Shown piece after piece: positions 59,787 through 64,000 of a DNA stretch of 64,000 nt. The first letter of the stretch is position 1. Each line of letters starts with the position of its first letter. This DNA is from Rikenellaceae bacterium (GTDB lineage: Bacteria > Bacteroidota > Bacteroidia > Bacteroidales > Rikenellaceae), in the NCBI GenBank assembly GCA_044433305.1, contig JAWXTS010000003.1:417-64416 (forward strand), in the 5' to 3' direction. The position numbers and the translations under genes were made by a program. The notes beneath the pieces are model-generated. The model did no database searches. It saw only the letters and a program-made list of their open reading frames with translations, and was not told the origin of the DNA.

Positions 59787-59972
59787 CTATTGTGCTACTT
59801 TTTTCTCGATAGCTGCTTTACCTCTGTAAAAACCACACTCTGGGCATACGCGGTGGTAAAGTACTGCTGAACCACAGTTTGAGCATGTAGATACAGTTGC
59901 TACGGCTGCTGTATAGTGAGTTCTTCTTTTGTCTCTTCTCGTTGACGAGATTTTTCGTTTAGGATGTGCCAT
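59787..59972 (-). CDS. rpmF: 50S ribosomal protein L32
   Basis: 61 aa. MAHPKRKISSTRRDKRR start and Cys4 zinc ribbon (CSNCG ... CPECG). Confidence 0.95.
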   Translation of the reverse strand: MAHPKRKISSTRRDKRRTHYTAAVATVSTCSNCGSAVLYHRVCPECGFYRGKAAIEKKVAQ

Positions 59973-60014
59973 TATATTTCGTTTTTATAAAGTTTAAAAA
60001 TTCTATTTCTTGTG

Positions 60015-60488
60015 TTACTCTTGTTCTTGTTCAAATCGTGCAAGCATATCTGGGTTGCACTCGCTAACGCCGTTCTCATCGGTGTAGTGTACTCTGTTGT
60101 AAGGTAGCGACAGATATATACTCTCATATATATATTGTGCTAGCGGAAGTTCATCGTCTGCTGGATGCAACCACATAATATCGCCGTCGCTCTCCATTTC
60201 TTGTTCAGAAAACTGAACAATTAATTCTGCCTGATAAAAAATTGGCAATTCAACATCTTCCAAACACCTATCACATGGTACAATTACATCTCCCTCTATG
60301 TCAATTTGGGCAACGAGCATGTTATTTTGACGTTGCAAATCGACATGAATTTTGGCATTTCCACGCTCTATTTCGGACGACGAAAAGCACGCAAAAAAAG
60401 CGTCATCTACCTCAAAATCAAAGGCATGACTCCCCACTGCTAGACCCTTATAGGGTATGTTGTATTTTCTTAAAACGCTTGTCATCAT
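60015..60488 (-). CDS. yceD: YceD/DUF177 family protein (large-subunit rRNA accumulation)
   Basis: 157 aa. CDRCLE motif. Canonical position upstream of rpmF-plsX-fabH. Confidence 0.8.
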   Translation of the reverse strand: MMTSVLRKYNIPYKGLAVGSHAFDFEVDDAFFACFSSSEIERGNAKIHVDLQRQNNMLVAQIDIEGDVIVPCDRCLEDVELPIFYQAELIVQFSEQEMESDGDIMWLHPADDELPLAQYIYESIYLSLPYNRVHYTDENGVSECNPDMLARFEQEQE

Positions 60489-60502
60489 TCAAAAAGAGAG
60501 TA

Positions 60503-60510
60503 CAAAGGTA
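60503..60510 (-). promoter_or_regulatory. -7 promoter box (TACCTTTG) for yceD-rpmF-plsX-fabH
   Basis: TAnnTTTG match on the minus strand, 15 nt upstream of the ATG at 60488. Confidence 0.55.
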
Positions 60511-60534
60511 CATTATTTAAACTAATCTACAAAA

Positions 60535-61521
60535 TTATTTTTGTGATATAGCACACATATCTGCCAAAGCAACAGCCACAGCCGCCTCAACAACCACCTG
60601 TGCGCGCAGTGCTATGCAGGCATCGTGACGCCCCTGAATCTCAAGACTCTCCACTGCGTCATGCTCCAAATTATACGTAAACTGAGAAGCTGCAATACTT
60701 GGAGTTGGCTTAATGGCAACCCTAACAACCATGTCATTGCCATTAGAGATACCTCCATTTATGCCGCCATCATTGTTGGTTGCCGTAGCTCCCTTGCTAT
60801 CTATTATAACATCGTTGTTCTCACTACCTCGCAAGCGAGCCGACTCGAAGCCAAGACCAAACTCAACACCTTTGACCGCAGGCACGCTAAACAATATATG
60901 AGCAACCACGCTCTCTAGCGAGTCGAAGAAAGGCTCTCCAACTCCTGCCTTGATGCCAGTGGCCGTACATTCAATAATTCCTCCAACAGAGTCCTTAGCT
61001 TTCATAGCCGATTGAATATGAGAATCAAAATCCTCAGGGTTGTTGCAACCATCTATCTCCAAAAGAGAAGCCTTAACATTAATACCCTCTAGCATCTTCT
61101 TAGCCACCACGCCTGCTGCAACAAGAACCAAAGTCAATCGACCCGAGAAGTGTCCGCCACCGCGGTAATCTGCAAAGCCATCAAACTTCTGCAAGGCCAC
61201 CATATCGGCATGCGATGGACGAGGGTGTTTAACAAGGCTAGAATAATCCTTTGAACGCGTATTGGCATTCTTAAACATGATTGTAAGCGGAGCACCCGTA
61301 GTGTGACCCTCGAACACGCCAGAGATAATCTCTGGTTCATCAGCCTCTTTTCGTGGTGTTGTTCCTTTCTGCGAGCCTCCCTGACGACGTTTCAAGTCGG
61401 CCAAGAAATCCTGCTCACAAAGTGCTATGCCTGGCTTTACACCGTCGACAATAACGCCAACACCTACACCATGCGATTCGCCGAATATAGATATTCTGAA
61501 AATTCTACCAAAGCTATTCAT
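60535..61521 (-). CDS. aroC: Chorismate synthase (compact form)
   Basis: 328 aa with FGESHG, RPSHAD, DYRGGGHFSGR and GRHDAC blocks. Confidence 0.92.
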   Translation of the reverse strand: MNSFGRIFRISIFGESHGVGVGVIVDGVKPGIALCEQDFLADLKRRQGGSQKGTTPRKEADEPEIISGVFEGHTTGAPLTIMFKNANTRSKDYSSLVKHPRPSHADMVALQKFDGFADYRGGGHFSGRLTLVLVAAGVVAKKMLEGINVKASLLEIDGCNNPEDFDSHIQSAMKAKDSVGGIIECTATGIKAGVGEPFFDSLESVVAHILFSVPAVKGVEFGLGFESARLRGSENNDVIIDSKGATATNNDGGINGGISNGNDMVVRVAIKPTPSIAASQFTYNLEHDAVESLEIQGRHDACIALRAQVVVEAAVAVALADMCAISQK

Positions 61522-61525
61522 ATAT

Positions 61526-62776
61526 TTATTCTTTTACTTTACACATTTCTATATCCTCCCAGAACAATGGGTAGGACTTATCTACTGCCTCGCCACGACT
61601 TAAGGTTATCTGACCTTCTTCCAAGCGTAGCGCAGCCACTGCCGCAGCCATAGCTATACGATGGTCATTATGGCTATCTATGCTACAAGGTTTAATCTCT
61701 CCACCCTCGATGGTCATCACCTCGCTGTCATAGCTTATCTCTATACCCATAGCACCGAAGATGTCGGCTATGGTCTGTGCGCGGTCACTCTCTTTATATT
61801 TCAGGCGCGACACGCCTTTTATTTTAGATGTGCCCTTGCATCCGCTAGCTAGTGCTGCCAGCGCAGGAAACAAATCAGGGCAATGTGTAGCATCAAACTC
61901 AAAACCTTTCAACTCTCCCTTGCCTACGGTAACCGTATCAGCCGTAGTGGCTACCATGGCTCCTGCCCTAGACAGAGCATCCACTATAACCATGTCGGCC
62001 TGCTTAGAGGCAACCAAAAGGTTCTTCACGGTAATCTCGCCTGCCAGTGCTCCCGCAACAAGCAAACATGAAGCACCGCTCCAATCGCCCTCGACAGAAT
62101 ATTTGGTAGGTGTATATTGCTGATTTCCCTCTATAAAAAACTCTTCATAGTCTCTATGTGCTATCTCAACGCCAAAGCTCTCGGCAACAGATATTGTCAT
62201 ATCTACATAGGGGCGACTCTTAAGGCTCGAAACATGCAGCAGCGAGTCTTTCTTAGCCAGCGGCAAAGCCAACAGCAATCCTGAAACAAACTGCGAACTT
62301 AGCGAGCCATCTACATCGGCCTCACCACCGCTCAGTCCACCGTTACATTCTATGGGTAGATAACCTTGCGTAGTTGATATCTTTGCACCAAGGCTAGACA
62401 AGGGTCCTTGCATCATATCAATAGGACGATTCATTATAGAGCCATGTCCAGAGATGACAATTTCTTTGTCGGCCAAGGTACATATAGGGGTAAACAATCT
62501 TGTCGCCAGTCCCGACTCGCCTATATTCACCTTATAATCTATGGGGTCTAAGCCTCCAGTGATTTTATATGTCGTATCGTCTATCTTTTCTACCTTAGCT
62601 CCCAGTCTCTCGGCGGTATCAAGTGCCGCCTGAGTGTCGTTGCACAACTCCATACCAAAGAGTGTCGACTCTCCCTTTGCAAGCAGAGCTGCCGCCACCG
62701 CACGCTGAGCATAGCTCTTTGAGGCTGGAGCAGCAAGAGTTCCGTTTATATTTGCTTTTCTAAGTATGTAATCCAT
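61526..62776 (-). CDS. aroA: 3-phosphoshikimate 1-carboxyvinyltransferase (EPSP synthase)
   Basis: 416 aa. APASKSYAQRA (Lys22 region), HNDHRIAMA and other EPSPS blocks. Atypical GESGLATRL loop. Confidence 0.9.
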   Translation of the reverse strand: MDYILRKANINGTLAAPASKSYAQRAVAAALLAKGESTLFGMELCNDTQAALDTAERLGAKVEKIDDTTYKITGGLDPIDYKVNIGESGLATRLFTPICTLADKEIVISGHGSIMNRPIDMMQGPLSSLGAKISTTQGYLPIECNGGLSGGEADVDGSLSSQFVSGLLLALPLAKKDSLLHVSSLKSRPYVDMTISVAESFGVEIAHRDYEEFFIEGNQQYTPTKYSVEGDWSGASCLLVAGALAGEITVKNLLVASKQADMVIVDALSRAGAMVATTADTVTVGKGELKGFEFDATHCPDLFPALAALASGCKGTSKIKGVSRLKYKESDRAQTIADIFGAMGIEISYDSEVMTIEGGEIKPCSIDSHNDHRIAMAAAVAALRLEEGQITLSRGEAVDKSYPLFWEDIEMCKVKE

Positions 62777-63514
62777 CTATCTAAGTTTGAAGTCTTGTCC
62801 TAGGTAAACCTTACGCACCATCTCGTCATTAGCCAAGTCCTCGGCCGAGCCAGCCTTAAGTATCTTGCCCTCGAAGAGCAAGTAAGTACGGTCTGTAATC
62901 GACAGGGTCTCATGGACATTGTGGTCAGTAATTATAACACCTATATTTTTATTTTTCAGGGTAGCCACGATGCTCTGAATATCCTCAACAGCAATAGGGT
63001 CTACACCAGCAAAAGGCTCGTCGAGCAGAATAAAGTGAGGGTTGATAGCCACACAACGGGCAATCTCGGTACGGCGACGCTCGCCACCCGAAAGCTGAAT
63101 ACCCATACTCTTGCGCACCTTCTGCAAGCGGAACTCCTCGATAAGAGTCTCTAGTCTCTCACGTTGGTACTCCTTGCTGAAATCTGTCATCTCAAGCACA
63201 GCCTTGATATTGTCCTCAACAGAGAGGTGACGAAACACAGAGGCCTCCTGCGCAAGATAGCCTACACCGCGCTGAGCACGGCGATACACTGGCTCTGAGG
63301 TAAGGTCTAGGCTGTTGCCATTGTCATCCTCAAGGAAAATACGACCCTCATTGGGACGTATAAGCCCTACCACCATATAAAAGGATGTTGTCTTGCCAGC
63401 ACCATTAGGGCCCAACAAGCCTACAATCTCGCCTTGCCTAACCTCTATGGATACCTTATCTACAACCGTACGACTTTTATATTTCTTTACTAAGTCTTCT
63501 GTGTATAATCTCAT
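62777..63514 (-). CDS. lptB: LPS export ABC transporter ATP-binding protein LptB
   Basis: 245 aa. Walker [10 protein letters not shown], signature LSGGERRR, Walker [12 protein letters not shown]. Its stop abuts the aroA start. Confidence 0.88.
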   Translation of the reverse strand: MRLYTEDLVKKYKSRTVVDKVSIEVRQGEIVGLLGPNGAGKTTSFYMVVGLIRPNEGRIFLEDDNGNSLDLTSEPVYRRAQRGVGYLAQEASVFRHLSVEDNIKAVLEMTDFSKEYQRERLETLIEEFRLQKVRKSMGIQLSGGERRRTEIARCVAINPHFILLDEPFAGVDPIAVEDIQSIVATLKNKNIGVIITDHNVHETLSITDRTYLLFEGKILKAGSAEDLANDEMVRKVYLGQDFKLR

Positions 63515-63583
63515 CTTATCTTTGTTTGAACAATAATTCTACCTATAAAAAAGTCTTTTCATTTCATCAATTAAGGCAACCCA

Positions 63584-63591
63584 CAAATGTA
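63584..63591 (-). promoter_or_regulatory. -7 promoter box (TACATTTG) for lptB-aroA-aroC
   Basis: TAnnTTTG match on the minus strand, 70 nt upstream of the ATG at 63514. Confidence 0.5.
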
Positions 63592-63711
63592 GCAAAATAA
63601 GGGAGCAAAGTTCTGAAAAATCATTAAAATGAAAATAATTTGTACAAAGTTAATGTTTTTTGGAAAATAATAACTAACTTTAAATTGTTAAAGTATATAT
63701 ACTATACCAAT

Positions 63712-64000
63712 ATGGAGAACAAAGGCTACGAGGGCAAGCTACAAGGATACCTCAAAACACACTTCGGATTCAATAGCTTCAAAGGTAATCAAGAAGCTGT
63801 AATTAAGAACCTTCTAGAGGGCAACGACACTTTCGTACTTATGCCAACGGGTGGTGGCAAATCGCTATGCTACCAACTTCCAGCCATGATAATGGACGGA
63901 GTTGCCATCATCATATCTCCACTGATAGCCTTGATGAAGAATCAAGTCGACTCTATGCGCACCTTCAGCGAGGAAGAAGGACTGGCTCACTTTCTGAATT
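63712..64000 (+). CDS. recQ: ATP-dependent DNA helicase RecQ (N-terminal fragment, runs off the window)
   Basis: Open frame from the ATG at 63712 with FGFNSFKGNQEAVI and helicase motif I VLMPTGGGKSLCYQLPA. Absent from the ORF track because no stop lies in the window. Confidence 0.85.
   Translation, partial: MENKGYEGKLQGYLKTHFGFNSFKGNQEAVIKNLLEGNDTFVLMPTGGGKSLCYQLPAMIMDGVAIIISPLIALMKNQVDSMRTFSEEEGLAHFLN

Noticed and set aside
1-64000. Scan for CRISPR arrays, IS elements/transposases, prophage genes, retron/DGR reverse transcriptases and restriction-modification genes
   Set aside because: I saw no regularly spaced direct repeats, no transposase or reverse-transcriptase-like ORF, and no intergenic region longer than ~330 nt. 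Apart from the two hypothetical lipoproteins, every ORF of plausible coding quality is assigned to a housekeeping or widely conserved family.

Overview
This window looks like a core-chromosome segment of a Bacteroidota genome, most likely Bacteroidales. Three things support that: repeated TAnnTTTG promoter boxes, a Na+-pumping methylmalonyl-CoA decarboxylase operon, and DUF3078/DUF4199/DUF4293-type genes. Coding is dense and intact: 63 complete CDS plus a partial recQ at the right edge. I also found two RNA genes by eye that the ORF track cannot show: a 4.5S/SRP RNA and tRNA-Arg(CCT).

In order, the content is:
- mce-mmdA-oadG-BCCP-mmdB (propionate pathway)
- a truncated division/cell-wall cluster (rsmH-ftsL-ftsI only)
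- dtd, a LolE-like permease, menG, rmuC, rpe, an ABC-F ATPase, rlmB
- an argE-like gene, argH, a Ctp protease
- nadB-prfC-lysS-tpiA
- a MATE exporter paired with an adenosylhomocysteinase (AHCY)-like gene
- skp, ruvA, prmA, xerD
- the comEC-methyltransferase-yihY-DUF2520-kdsC string
- tsaC, a GT2 cluster, mltG
- sufBCDS-tmk followed by two poorly characterised genes
- a second MATE exporter, a TPR protein, gyrA
- yceD-rpmF-plsX-fabH and lptB-aroA-aroC

I saw no IS or transposase, prophage, CRISPR array, toxin-antitoxin pair or recognisable defence gene, and I cannot honestly point to a clear-cut novel multi-gene system. The best leads, all hypotheses, are:
1. A MATE exporter translationally coupled to a truncated AHCY-fold protein that has lost catalytic residues.
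2. A MauE/DoxX membrane protein plus a Cys-rich orphan lipoprotein at the tail of the suf-tmk operon.
3. A YihY/BrkB membrane protein with an Rrf2-like winged-helix tail.
4. A repeat-rich region upstream of nadB.
5. An EPSP synthase with unusual residues at the glyphosate-relevant loop.

All product calls rest on motifs and family recognition by eye. No database search was run.
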